Source: Candidatus Poribacteria bacterium
GTDB taxonomy: Bacteria; Poribacteria; WGA-4E; WGA-3G
Length of the DNA: 64,000 nucleotides
Reading direction: 5' to 3'
Assembly (NCBI GenBank): GCA_963663765.2
Contig: CAXXUA010000004.1
Span: 512,001 to 576,000 of the forward strand
Below the pieces are notes generated by a model, which was not told the DNA's origin, searched no databases, and saw only the letters and a list, made by a program, of their open reading frames with translations. Numbering within the stretch: position 1 is the first letter of the stretch; the number at the start of each line of letters is the position of its first letter. A program made the position numbers and the translations under genes. This document shows positions 20,148 to 30,139 of this stretch, one piece after another.

Positions 20148-21523
20148 GGGAATTCTCTAACAATCCCAAGTCTTTAGACTTGGGTCAAAAAACGTTGACA
20201 TTTTTATGTCTTCTATGGAATCCGTATAGGACTGACTCAGTGATAGGTGTTGACACACCTATCACACCACGTCAATGGAAGTCAGCACCCTACAGGAATC
20301 AGGTATGTCCTACAAAACACACAAGATTACATTGAATCCGAACAACAAACAACGCACATGGTTTACTCAGCAATGTGGTTATGCGAGGTTTGCCTACAAT
20401 CAAGCTTTGTCAGATTTTAAGGTAGGATTAGATAATGATAACTTCCAGTCGTGGCGCACCCTTAATAACAACTTCAACAAAGCGAAAAAGGGTTATGATT
20501 GGACACGTTCCCAAGATCAACGTGCAGCGTTATATGCGATCAAGAATTTGGGTCAAGCGATTACGAATTGGGTTAGCAAACGTGCGAGGTTTCCTCGATT
20601 CAAAAAGCGTGGGATTCGGGACGCATGGACAACAGACGAACAATCTGTGAAAGTTGAAGGCAAGAGGGTCCGGTTGCCTAAGGTTGGTTGGGTCAAAATG
20701 CGTCAAGCATTGCGTTTTGTAGGGAAGATTATCAGCGTGACGATCTCAAGGACAGCACATCGTTGGTTTATATCTATCACTGTAGAAACAGAGGACACCG
20801 AAGTCGTTGACAATTCAACGCACCCTGTTATCGGTATAGATGTAGGCATTAACACCCTTGCCACCTTGAGTAATGGCACGAAATATGATAATCCAAGACC
20901 TCTGAAACGCTATGAGAGAAAACTAAAGAGGGAACAACGCAAGTTGAGTCGGCGTGTTTTCAAGTCTAAAAACTGGTTCAAGCAGAAACACAAGTTAGAA
21001 CGTATCCACTATCGTATCGCTTGTATCCGAAATGATGCACACCACAAAGCAACTACAGAGATCGTCAACCTTGCATCTACTATCAGCATTGAGACACTAA
21101 AAATAACGAACATGCTAAAGAATAGAAAACTCGCGAAGGCATTATCGGATTCAGCGTTAGGTGGGTTTCTCAATAAGCTAAAAACGAAAGCAGATGCTTT
21201 CGGAATACCTGTATTACAAGCACCGCAATTCTATGCTTCAAGCAAAACTTGTAGTCGATGTAGACACAAGAAAGATGATTTGACACTATCAGAGAGAACT
21301 TATCATTGCAGTCAATGCGACTATCAAATAGATAGAGACATAAATGCTGCAATCAACCTAAGAACCCTCGCTGTCGGATAGACAGAGAGCATAAACGCTT
21401 GTGGAGTCCGAATAAGACCTCACGCGGTTCAGGATAGAGGCATGAGAGACGGAAGCAGGAATCACACAGAGGAGAGTTATGTGTTTCAAAGAAGCACACG
21501 ACTTTAGTCGTCGTGAGTATCAC
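20148..21523 (+). mobile_element. Non-autonomous IS200/IS605 element (tnpB only), target TGAA
   Basis: Left hairpin CCCAAGTCTTTAGACTTGGG with guide CAAT, 17 nt after TGAA; right hairpin CACACGACTTTAGTCGTCGTG with guide GAAG and end TCAC; no TSD; no tnpA. Confidence 0.9.
20305..21381 (+). CDS. tnpB: RNA-guided endonuclease TnpB
   Basis: GYARFAYN, GIDVG (D), IETL (E), CSRC/CSQC zinc finger, DRDINAA (D); start placed at ATG 20305 by alignment with the second copy. Confidence 0.95.
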   Translation: MSYKTHKITLNPNNKQRTWFTQQCGYARFAYNQALSDFKVGLDNDNFQSWRTLNNNFNKAKKGYDWTRSQDQRAALYAIKNLGQAITNWVSKRARFPRFKKRGIRDAWTTDEQSVKVEGKRVRLPKVGWVKMRQALRFVGKIISVTISRTAHRWFISITVETEDTEVVDNSTHPVIGIDVGINTLATLSNGTKYDNPRPLKRYERKLKREQRKLSRRVFKSKNWFKQKHKLERIHYRIACIRNDAHHKATTEIVNLASTISIETLKITNMLKNRKLAKALSDSALGGFLNKLKTKADAFGIPVLQAPQFYASSKTCSRCRHKKDDLTLSERTYHCSQCDYQIDRDINAAINLRTLAVG

Positions 21524-21543
21524 TAAAACATCCTTACCAATGG
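21345..21543 (+). ncRNA. Putative omegaRNA (reRNA) scaffold plus guide of tnpB element 1
   Basis: Non-coding 3' region conserved with element 2 (ACGC(T/C)TGTGGAGT...ATAAGACC...ACGGAAGCAGGAA); guide would be the flank TAAAACATCCTTACCAATGG; boundaries approximate. Confidence 0.65.
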
Positions 21544-21960
21544 GAGATAGTCGAGGAGTGGAAGCTTTAGCATTTTCTCCCGATAGCAGCATTCTCATAA
21601 CTGCAAGATGGAATGGTAGCATGCAAATTTGGGATACAAAGACACACCAACACATCGCGGAATTCATAAATGCAAGAGGAACTGTTGCTGGAATGGTCCT
21701 ATCACCTGACGGAAAAACTCTGGTAACGGGGTACCATGGTGGATTAGTTAGACTCTGGGATGTAGATACAAGATCACTTCGGTCCGAATTCAATACAGGA
21801 GATGCAGATGCACCAACACATTTCGCATTTTCATCAGATGGTAAGACACTTGTCAGTGGTAGTCGCAACGGCACAATCCTAATCTGGGATTTAGAAGAAA
21901 TGGGTATTGCAAATAGATAGCTTGAATATCAGATACCCAAGATATAACAGGAGTTAAACT

Positions 21961-24075
21961 ATGATATTCTCAAACAACTACCAAAATAAAACAATATCAA
22001 CATGCTTACTGATATGTCTATTTTACCTCACACATTGTGTTAGTGTACCCTCAAAACTATATGCAGCAGAAACAACGTATACTCAATGGAACTTACCCGA
22101 AGGCGCGAAAATGCGACTCGGAAAAGGAAGAATTAACGATATTGTCTACTCACCAGATGGGAAAAAGTTTGCTGTAGCAACAGCAATCGGGATATGGATT
22201 TACAGTGCAGACAGAGCAAAAGAACTCACACTAATAACTGGACATGACATAGAGATAGAAACCGTCGCGTTTACACAAGACGCACAATATATCATCAGTG
22301 CGGATTCAGAGGGAAAATGTCTAAAATGGGATGTCGCATCAGGAGAACTAATTGAGGTTATTGCTGAAGGAAACGTCATTTTCAATAAAGTTGATATTTC
22401 TGATAACGGTACAACTCTTGTTACATACGACCAGAATAGCAAATTTCATATAAAAAACATAAACGATCCCGATGCTGAACACAATGTTTTTGATGATACG
22501 GAGCGAGATCCAAGAATATTGAAAGTCTCTCCCAACGGAAGGACGATTGCAACTGCAAAAACACCTTTTTCTTCGTCTTCTGAAATTGCACCAAAGAACT
22601 ACAGACTCCAAGTTTGGGATACTAAAACACAATCATTACTCATTAATCTTCAAGGAGAAGACCCATATATACATGGCATCGAATTCACACCAGATGGTAA
22701 AAATGTAGTAACTTCGGATATTGATGGTGATATTCAGTTTTGGAATGTTGCAACTGGAACAACGACACATACATTCAAAGCAAATAATAGAGGAACAACT
22801 GCTATTGCCTTTGCACCCAAAGGTAAAATACTTGCAACAGGCGATTTTGAAAAAAATACGTTACAACTGTGGAAAATGCCTTCCACATCTAAACAACCCA
22901 AGTCCATTCAGACATTAAAAGGACACAAATCTTACATAAGAAATTGTGTATTTTCACCTGATGAGAAAACTATTCTCACCGCAAGCCAAAATGGGATAAT
23001 AATGGCTTGGGATGTTGTCACAGGTAAGCAAAAATACAATATCACAGGCCATGTCGGACGTATCCTTGAACTTACTCATACTGATTCCGATAACAATATT
23101 ACCAGTGCAAATTCCAATGTATATGTATGGTCTCATCCTGTTACACATTTACGCAATTGGGATATAAAAACTGGTAGTCTAACGTCAACTGCCCTTGTAG
23201 AATTGATAAAAATAGAAACAGTGTCACCCAATTGTAAGACAATAGTTTATACAAAAGAGGATAAAAAAATCCACTTGTGGGATACAGAAACAATGAAAAA
23301 CAGACTCACAATTACAGCAGATGAGGAATACAAACTCGGCGAATATTACATCCTCTCTTCAAATGAAGAGTTTCTGGCTATTAGTAGCACCGAGGAACCA
23401 ATCTATGTGTGGAACATATCTGATGAATCTGAAACAAGAAAACCGTGGAAATCTCTAATTACAGACTCAAAATCTCCTCATATAATGACTTTCTCACCGG
23501 ACGGTAAGTTTTTAGCAAGTGATGATGGTTTATATACTATACATCTATGGAATGTGGAGATGGAAGAAATTCTATCTACTTTTACAATACATGACAATCA
23601 CGGTGATAAAAAATGGACATACTATAGGAATAACTCAAAAGGTCTTGCTATTTCTCCAGATGGTAAAAAACTTGCATGTGGGAGAGAAGATGCAATTTAC
23701 TTATGGAATACAATTACAGACGATGAAATAAGTGTTTTAATTCCAGAACGACTTTCCGACAATTATATGACATTGCTGTTTTCACCAGATAGCAACATCC
23801 TATTGAGTGCATGCAACGGAATAATTATCAAATACGCTCCCGGTCAGATAGTAAAACCAGATGGTGGTAATGTCACGAAATCTTCCAGTATGTATGGTGG
23901 AGGTACATTTCAACTGTGGGATGCCAACTCAGGTGAATTGATAACGACACTAACTGGACATAGCGATGTTATTGACGCATTTACGTTTTCAAAAGATGGA
24001 AAAACACTCGCAACTGGCAGTTGGGACGGCACAATTCTATTCTGGGATTGGGAAAAAATCTCATCTTTGCGTTAG
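21961..24075 (+). CDS. Secreted WD40-repeat protein (array 1)
   Basis: Signal-like N-terminus, TQWNLPEGAKMRLGKG, WD repeats, end GTILFWDWEKISSLR. Confidence 0.92.
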   Translation: MIFSNNYQNKTISTCLLICLFYLTHCVSVPSKLYAAETTYTQWNLPEGAKMRLGKGRINDIVYSPDGKKFAVATAIGIWIYSADRAKELTLITGHDIEIETVAFTQDAQYIISADSEGKCLKWDVASGELIEVIAEGNVIFNKVDISDNGTTLVTYDQNSKFHIKNINDPDAEHNVFDDTERDPRILKVSPNGRTIATAKTPFSSSSEIAPKNYRLQVWDTKTQSLLINLQGEDPYIHGIEFTPDGKNVVTSDIDGDIQFWNVATGTTTHTFKANNRGTTAIAFAPKGKILATGDFEKNTLQLWKMPSTSKQPKSIQTLKGHKSYIRNCVFSPDEKTILTASQNGIIMAWDVVTGKQKYNITGHVGRILELTHTDSDNNITSANSNVYVWSHPVTHLRNWDIKTGSLTSTALVELIKIETVSPNCKTIVYTKEDKKIHLWDTETMKNRLTITADEEYKLGEYYILSSNEEFLAISSTEEPIYVWNISDESETRKPWKSLITDSKSPHIMTFSPDGKFLASDDGLYTIHLWNVEMEEILSTFTIHDNHGDKKWTYYRNNSKGLAISPDGKKLACGREDAIYLWNTITDDEISVLIPERLSDNYMTLLFSPDSNILLSACNGIIIKYAPGQIVKPDGGNVTKSSSMYGGGTFQLWDANSGELITTLTGHSDVIDAFTFSKDGKTLATGSWDGTILFWDWEKISSLR

Positions 24076-24218
24076 TTTAAGTCTTGTCATTTTTGTAAAT
24101 GAGGCATGACTAATTCAACATTTTATATGGAGTTTGTATATGAAAAAGTTTTTAATGTTTTACTTTCTATCCTTGCTAATTTCAATCCAATTTCTACCAA
24201 ATGGATATGCTCAAGACT
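24025..24218 (+). repeat. Conserved array-1 junction J1 (gene 3' end + spacer + next signal peptide)
   Basis: Near-identical to J2 and J3. Confidence 0.9.
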
Positions 24219-26188
24219 ATACTACACGATGGAACGTGCCTGAAGAAGCTATCGTGCGTCTCGGTAGGGGAATTATTTACGATATCAAATATTCTCAAGA
24301 CGGGTCCAAATTTGCTGTCGCTACATCTATAGGGATTTGGATTTATGATGCCCTCACAGGAAGAGAGCTTAAGTTTCTTAATACACCAAGCAATCTCATT
24401 AAAATAATAGAGTTCTCACCCGACGACAACATTATCGCTGGTGCATCCTCGGATGAGGTCCTATTGTGGAATATGGATACAGAAAAACTATCTACAACTT
24501 TACCTGCCCCGAAGGGTATTAAGATCTTATATTTCTCCGTAGATGGATCAAAACTCACTTGTATTGGAAATGAAGGGCAGATTCGCGTATGGAATCTCAT
24601 GGCTGAAAAAACGAATATGGAATTTAAGGATATAAAGTTTGGTTCAGAATATTTAAAAGGTTCAAGCTCTTATTCGTTTGCGATATCGCCAGATAGACAC
24701 TTATTAGCTGCTGTATTTTATGCACAGCGTACGTACCAATTTCGAGTATGGAACATTAACACTGGAAAGTATATCAGAGCAGCAGCCGGCGATTGGGGGT
24801 ATGGATCAAAACTTGTATTTTCACCAAACAGTAAATTCCTTGCAAGTGTCCGCGGATTTAGATCTATTGGAATTTGGGAAGTGGGAACGGACAGTCGTGA
24901 GGAAACTTTTATTGGTTCTTCTCATAGTGGAATTGTCACATTAGTTTTTTCACCAAAAGGTAAGTTCCTCGCTGCTGCAAATAGGGTTGGCGTGCGGTTA
25001 TATAACAAAGCAATTGCACGGCATCCACCATGGACATTACTAGAACGTAATGATGGTTTTCCACTAATTCTCAACAAAGGTAAAAGCGATATTTATTTGC
25101 TTGCGTTTTCTCCTGACGAAGGCACGCTCCTTGCAGTCAGTAGTAACGGTACAATCAGTGCATGGAATACTATAACTTGGGACCAAGCGTTCAGTATAAC
25201 AGAACATCCAAGCTACATAAAAGGCCTTAAGTTTACCAAAAAAGATGGCACATTAACCAATACACTCACAAGTTATTCTGGTTTTAGAAACATCCGAATA
25301 CAACTATGGGATCTAAATCTGGGAAAACAACTTAAGGCAGAATACTTAGATGTCAGGGGTAGCGGGGTAGTTGAACCTTATGGTGGGACTGTCGTTAGTA
25401 CTAATAACGATGGTACTATAAAAGTATGGGATGTTAAAACCAAAAAGCCGATCGCTATTTTGAAAGGACAACCCACAGCAGACCCATATAATCGATTGAC
25501 CATTTCACATGGAGGTGAAATCGTTGCAAGCGGCGGAAAAGACACATTTGTTAGAGTGTGGAATACTCGTAATCTTAAACAAAACACACCTCAATTCACA
25601 CTTAAAGGACATACTTCACCAATTGAAAATTTAACATTTTCACCTGATGGAAAGACTTTAGCTTCCAGCAGTTATGATACTACAAATAGGAAGTATATAA
25701 TTCGCTTGTGGAACATGACCAATGGAAAACTATTATCTAATATCACACCGAACAAAAATATAGTTAAGACATTAGCATTTTCTCCAGATGGTAAAATACT
25801 CGTGACTGCCTCAGGTGACGATAGTCTTCGTCTATGGAACATAACTAACGCCACTCAAATTTCGGTTATCAAAAACCAAAAGGGCGTAAGTACTATACAG
25901 TTTGCTCCAGATGGTAAGACATTGGTAATTGGTAAGTGGAATGGAACAATAAATGTTTGTAGGTTAGACACTAACTATAATGTACCTCTTATTAATACGT
26001 TATCATCAATGCTTAGTGGAATGAAGAATTCCATCACGAAGGAAGAAACATCTAATCCATATTTTAGAGGACATACGTTTGCGGTTTCAGTGTTAGAATT
26101 CTCTCCTAACGGAAAAACGCTCGCAAGCGGTAGCAAAGACGGCACAATTCTACTCTGGGATTGGAAAAAAATTACATCTTTGCGTTAG
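24140..26188 (+). CDS. Secreted WD40-repeat protein (array 1)
   Basis: MKKFLMFYFLSLLISIQFLPNGYAQD signal; WD repeats; end WDWKKITSLR. Confidence 0.92.
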   Translation: MKKFLMFYFLSLLISIQFLPNGYAQDYTTRWNVPEEAIVRLGRGIIYDIKYSQDGSKFAVATSIGIWIYDALTGRELKFLNTPSNLIKIIEFSPDDNIIAGASSDEVLLWNMDTEKLSTTLPAPKGIKILYFSVDGSKLTCIGNEGQIRVWNLMAEKTNMEFKDIKFGSEYLKGSSSYSFAISPDRHLLAAVFYAQRTYQFRVWNINTGKYIRAAAGDWGYGSKLVFSPNSKFLASVRGFRSIGIWEVGTDSREETFIGSSHSGIVTLVFSPKGKFLAAANRVGVRLYNKAIARHPPWTLLERNDGFPLILNKGKSDIYLLAFSPDEGTLLAVSSNGTISAWNTITWDQAFSITEHPSYIKGLKFTKKDGTLTNTLTSYSGFRNIRIQLWDLNLGKQLKAEYLDVRGSGVVEPYGGTVVSTNNDGTIKVWDVKTKKPIAILKGQPTADPYNRLTISHGGEIVASGGKDTFVRVWNTRNLKQNTPQFTLKGHTSPIENLTFSPDGKTLASSSYDTTNRKYIIRLWNMTNGKLLSNITPNKNIVKTLAFSPDGKILVTASGDDSLRLWNITNATQISVIKNQKGVSTIQFAPDGKTLVIGKWNGTINVCRLDTNYNVPLINTLSSMLSGMKNSITKEETSNPYFRGHTFAVSVLEFSPNGKTLASGSKDGTILLWDWKKITSLR

Positions 26189-26380
26189 TTTAAGTCTTGT
26201 CATTTTTGTAAATGAGGCTTGAATGATTCAACATTTTATAAGGAGTTTATATATGAAAAAGTTTTTAATGTTTTACTTTCTATCCTTACTAATTTCAATC
26301 CAATTTCTACCAAACGGATACGCTCAAGACTTTACACAATGGAACTTACCCGAAGGCGCGAAAATGCGACTCGGAAAAGG
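26138..26380 (+). repeat. Conserved array-1 junction J2
   Basis: Near-identical to J1 and J3; its last ~44 bp also match 22084-22127. Confidence 0.9.
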
Positions 26381-28046
26381 TGAGATAAACGATATTAAGT
26401 TTTCGCCTGATGGCAATCTGTTAGCCGTGGGTACCAGCATTGGGATTTGGATCTATGATGTACAAACGCGTAAAGAAGTCAACTTTTTGAAATCAAATAA
26501 ATATCAGATAGACGCATTAATGTTTATAGAAAATGGAAAAAAAATAGTAAGTGCTGGTGTAGACGGTCCAAGTAGCAGGATTATAACTTGGGAGGCGAAA
26601 ACAGATTCTTCACTGGACAAACTTATCATGCAAAAATATGGTGAACGATTATCTGGTACTGGTTATATTTGGTCATCGGCACTATCACATAACGGCAATC
26701 TGTTAGCGGTTGGAAATGGAAGCGGTTCAATTCATTTGGTTGACACACGTACGGGTAACCGAATCTCAACCTTTAAAGCACATTCGGACAGTGTAAATGG
26801 TTTAGCATTTTCACTGGACAGCAGCACTCTGGTAAGTGGAAGTACGGACTCAAAAATTTACATGTGGGACGTTGCCACTCAAAAACGTCAGCAAACCCTA
26901 ACCCGGTTATCTGAGACTCACGCGATAGCATTTAGTCCTGATGGAAAAAGAGTCGCGAATGGGAATTTTGGTGGTGGTCTATACATATGGGACATAGAAT
27001 CAAAACAAAAACTCATGACATTCAAAGGACATACGGATGCTATAAGAACGTTAGCATATTCCCCTGATGGTAAAATGTTAGCAAGTGGTAGTTGGGACAA
27101 AACAATTCGCTTGTGGGACACTAAAACGGGAAATCAAATTGCAATTATAAATGGACATCCCCATTTTGTAGAAAGAATGGCTCTTGCACCTGATGGAAAC
27201 TACGTATCTGGTACAGCTCGAGGTTTAATCAATATTTGGGATACAAGAACACGTCAAGAAATCCATTCACAGACGAGAAATGAATACAGTTTAGTCAGAG
27301 GTTTAGCATTTACAAACAATTCTACACAACTATATAGTGTGAATGTAGGATTTGAACTTGCTCTTACAGATGCATCAAACAACCAAAAATTGTTTACCAA
27401 ACAATTTAAAGGACACAAGGGAGCTAATTGGGCAATTTCTTTTAACCCAAGCAGAACAATAATCGCAAACGCCTACAGAGATATGAATATCCGTCTGTGG
27501 AATGTTAATACAGGAATAGAACTTACTGCAATTCATTCCGGTTTTAAGGAAGCAATCATTGACTTGACTTTTTCTGCTGATGCAAAAATGTTAGCAGGAG
27601 CAGGAAAGGAAGGAGATATTCGAATTTGGAACACAAGCAATGGAAAGTTGTTATTCACACTGACTGGACACGCAAAAAGGGTTGAATCCTTAGCATTTTC
27701 TCCTAATGGCAAAATGTTAGCAAGTGCCAGTTGGGATGGTACAATGCGTCTGTGGGACATAGAAGCGGAAAGACAAATCTCACAACACGCAAATGGTCGT
27801 ATAGGAGGAATTATTGAAGTAGTGTTTTCATTAGATGGTAAGACAATCGTAAGCACGAGTACTTCAAGACAGATTCAATTGTGGAAGATATACGATAATC
27901 GTCAGATGCCTGCGGTTACGCTCACTGGACACAACGGATGGATTAGAACTCTTGAATTCTCCGAAGATGGTAAAACGCTTGCAAGCGGAAGCGATGATGG
28001 CACTATTCTACTCTGGGATTGGGAAAAAATTACATCTTTGCGTTAG
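26253..28046 (+). CDS. Secreted WD40-repeat protein (array 1)
   Basis: Same signal peptide, AAGGAG RBS, WD repeats, end WDWEKITSLR. Confidence 0.92.
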   Translation: MKKFLMFYFLSLLISIQFLPNGYAQDFTQWNLPEGAKMRLGKGEINDIKFSPDGNLLAVGTSIGIWIYDVQTRKEVNFLKSNKYQIDALMFIENGKKIVSAGVDGPSSRIITWEAKTDSSLDKLIMQKYGERLSGTGYIWSSALSHNGNLLAVGNGSGSIHLVDTRTGNRISTFKAHSDSVNGLAFSLDSSTLVSGSTDSKIYMWDVATQKRQQTLTRLSETHAIAFSPDGKRVANGNFGGGLYIWDIESKQKLMTFKGHTDAIRTLAYSPDGKMLASGSWDKTIRLWDTKTGNQIAIINGHPHFVERMALAPDGNYVSGTARGLINIWDTRTRQEIHSQTRNEYSLVRGLAFTNNSTQLYSVNVGFELALTDASNNQKLFTKQFKGHKGANWAISFNPSRTIIANAYRDMNIRLWNVNTGIELTAIHSGFKEAIIDLTFSADAKMLAGAGKEGDIRIWNTSNGKLLFTLTGHAKRVESLAFSPNGKMLASASWDGTMRLWDIEAERQISQHANGRIGGIIEVVFSLDGKTIVSTSTSRQIQLWKIYDNRQMPAVTLTGHNGWIRTLEFSEDGKTLASGSDDGTILLWDWEKITSLR

Positions 28047-28238
28047 TTTAAGTTTTGTCATTTTTGTAAATGAGGTCTGACTAATTCAACATTTTATATG
28101 GAGTTTATATATGAAAAAGTTTTTAATGTTTTACTTTCTATCCTTGCTAATTTTAATCCAATTTCTACCAAACGGATACGCTCAAGACTTTACACAATGG
28201 AACTTACCCGAAGGCGCGAAAATGCGTATCGGCAAAGG
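27996..28238 (+). repeat. Conserved array-1 junction J3
   Basis: Near-identical to J1 and J2. Confidence 0.9.
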
Positions 28239-30102
28239 AAGAGCAAATGACATCACTTTTACACCAGATGGCACCCAAATTGCTGTCACGACCAGTATCG
28301 GCATTTGGATTTATGATGCTGAGTCAGGTATAAAAGTTGCATTTCTTAAACAAGCTGGACAGGGTTTTGGTAAAGTTGCAATTTCACCAGATGGACACAC
28401 GTTAGCATGTTCAACTGGCAGAAACGGACGTGGAGAAGTCCAACTTTGGGACATCACAGAACGTAAAATTATTACAACTTTAAGTTCACCTATTGGAATA
28501 TCTTCACTGTTTTTTTCAAAAGATGGGACAATACTTGCTTGTGCCGGGTATTTTGGACGTGTTTATGTGTGGGAATTAGGAGCTAACAATACAAACACGC
28601 TTATTACAGATACAAGATTAAATGAAACAAGCTGGGATACAAACAGTTTGGTTGAATTGTCTCCAGATAGACGTTTTCTGGCAGTCTCTTCCGCGGATTG
28701 GCAAAATAGAAACTTTCAAATTGAAATATACAATGCAGCCAATGGGAAACTACTACATACCCTAACTGGACATACACGATGGATCAGATGCCTCGCTTTT
28801 TCTCCAGATAGTAAGACAATAGTGAGTGGAGATGAATATGAATCGCTCCGTATGTGGGATACTGAAACAGGGAAACTAAAATCAACTATGCAATGGAGAC
28901 GTGGTATTTCAACCTATTCGCTGGTTTTTTCTCCGAAGGGAAGTTTTCTTGCTACTGGACATCGTGATGGTATTCGCTTGTGGCATTCTAATACTGAAGA
29001 AGGACAACAGCAGCGGATCTATACCATCGGTACGTATCAAAATATTGTAAATTTAAGGGAGCAAAAAGATTACATTTACCGATTTACGTTTTCCCCTGAC
29101 GAAACAATGCTGCTTTCAGGTAGCAAAGATGGAACGATTACTGCCTGGGATACGACTAGTGGAAACGAAGTGTTTACAATCAATGGTCACCTTGAAGGTG
29201 TTCGAGTTATTGCACTCTCTGAAACTGGGGATACACTTACAACTTTGAATCAGCCATACAATCCTCCTGGAAAAATTCAACAGCGACATTGGGATGTCAA
29301 TACAGGTGAATTGCTGTCTACCGTCTTCTCAAGAGAATCAGAAGGAGGACACATGGTAATCTCACCGGATGGGAAAACGCTTGCTACACACAGTGTATCT
29401 GGTAACTGTTCTTTATGGAATATAAAAACTGATCCTCCACAGAGGGTTTCTTCGTTTGCCTTAGAAGGATATCCAAGATCAGGTTTGAATGTTAGATTCG
29501 CATTCTCCTTAGATGGATCTATGATGGCTGCTGGCGGCGAGGATCATGCAGTTCACGTCTGGAGTTTAAGTGATAATGCAAGTTCACTTCAGCATCAGTT
29601 CACTGCAAAAGAACATACAGAAAATGTCTGGGCGTTGGCATTTTCACCCGATGGCACAAAGCTTGCTACTGGTGGTAGAGACAAAGAGTTTCATATTTGG
29701 AATGTGGCAGATGGTAAAACGATACAAACACTATCAGGACATAGTTGGCGAGTGAACTGTTTTGCGTTTTCACCGAATAATCAAGTTTTAGCAAGTGGAA
29801 GTTATGAACTATTTCTATGGCATGTCAAGTCCGGTATGCAGATTAAACACATCAAACAACACCAGAATGCAATTATAGAAGCATTGACTTTTACACCAGA
29901 CAACAACTTACTTATTATTGCAGCTCGTGATGGATTAAAGTTGTATGAACTGCAAACGGAACGACTTATCACAATAAACCAAGACTACACAAGTCTACTC
30001 AAATTGTCAGTGGTTGACAACCTGCTCATAAGTGTAAGTAGATATGATGAAATCTTAATCTGGGATTGGCAGAAAGTGCTTGAACGGTTGAAGGACAATT
30101 AG
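28111..30102 (+). CDS. Secreted WD40-repeat protein (array 1, last member, divergent C-terminus)
   Basis: Same signal peptide with one substitution; WD repeats. Confidence 0.92.
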   Translation: MKKFLMFYFLSLLILIQFLPNGYAQDFTQWNLPEGAKMRIGKGRANDITFTPDGTQIAVTTSIGIWIYDAESGIKVAFLKQAGQGFGKVAISPDGHTLACSTGRNGRGEVQLWDITERKIITTLSSPIGISSLFFSKDGTILACAGYFGRVYVWELGANNTNTLITDTRLNETSWDTNSLVELSPDRRFLAVSSADWQNRNFQIEIYNAANGKLLHTLTGHTRWIRCLAFSPDSKTIVSGDEYESLRMWDTETGKLKSTMQWRRGISTYSLVFSPKGSFLATGHRDGIRLWHSNTEEGQQQRIYTIGTYQNIVNLREQKDYIYRFTFSPDETMLLSGSKDGTITAWDTTSGNEVFTINGHLEGVRVIALSETGDTLTTLNQPYNPPGKIQQRHWDVNTGELLSTVFSRESEGGHMVISPDGKTLATHSVSGNCSLWNIKTDPPQRVSSFALEGYPRSGLNVRFAFSLDGSMMAAGGEDHAVHVWSLSDNASSLQHQFTAKEHTENVWALAFSPDGTKLATGGRDKEFHIWNVADGKTIQTLSGHSWRVNCFAFSPNNQVLASGSYELFLWHVKSGMQIKHIKQHQNAIIEALTFTPDNNLLIIAARDGLKLYELQTERLITINQDYTSLLKLSVVDNLLISVSRYDEILIWDWQKVLERLKDN

Positions 30103-30139
30103 GTAACAGATTACGTGGAGTTTATGTCCATCCACTAAC

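Larger units (their letters stand above)
18568..21920 (+). pseudogene. Secreted WD40 gene split by an IS605-family tnpB element (18568..20147 plus 21524..21920)
   Basis: Removing 20148..21523 restores one frame: ...WNLETMNKTSLPMGDSRGVEALAFSPD...GSRNGTILIWDL. Confidence 0.9.

Noticed and set aside
20148-21523. IStron (group I intron-IS chimera) that would splice out of the WD40 mRNA
   Set aside because: Only about 155 nt lie between the left end and tnpB, too short for a group I core, and the element ends in TCAC rather than G.
24071-24119. Integron attC-like site in array-1 spacers
   Set aside because: The imperfect palindrome runs GTT...AAC, the reverse of the RYYYAAC...GTTRRRY arrangement, and no integrase is visible. 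A simple RNA hairpin is more likely.
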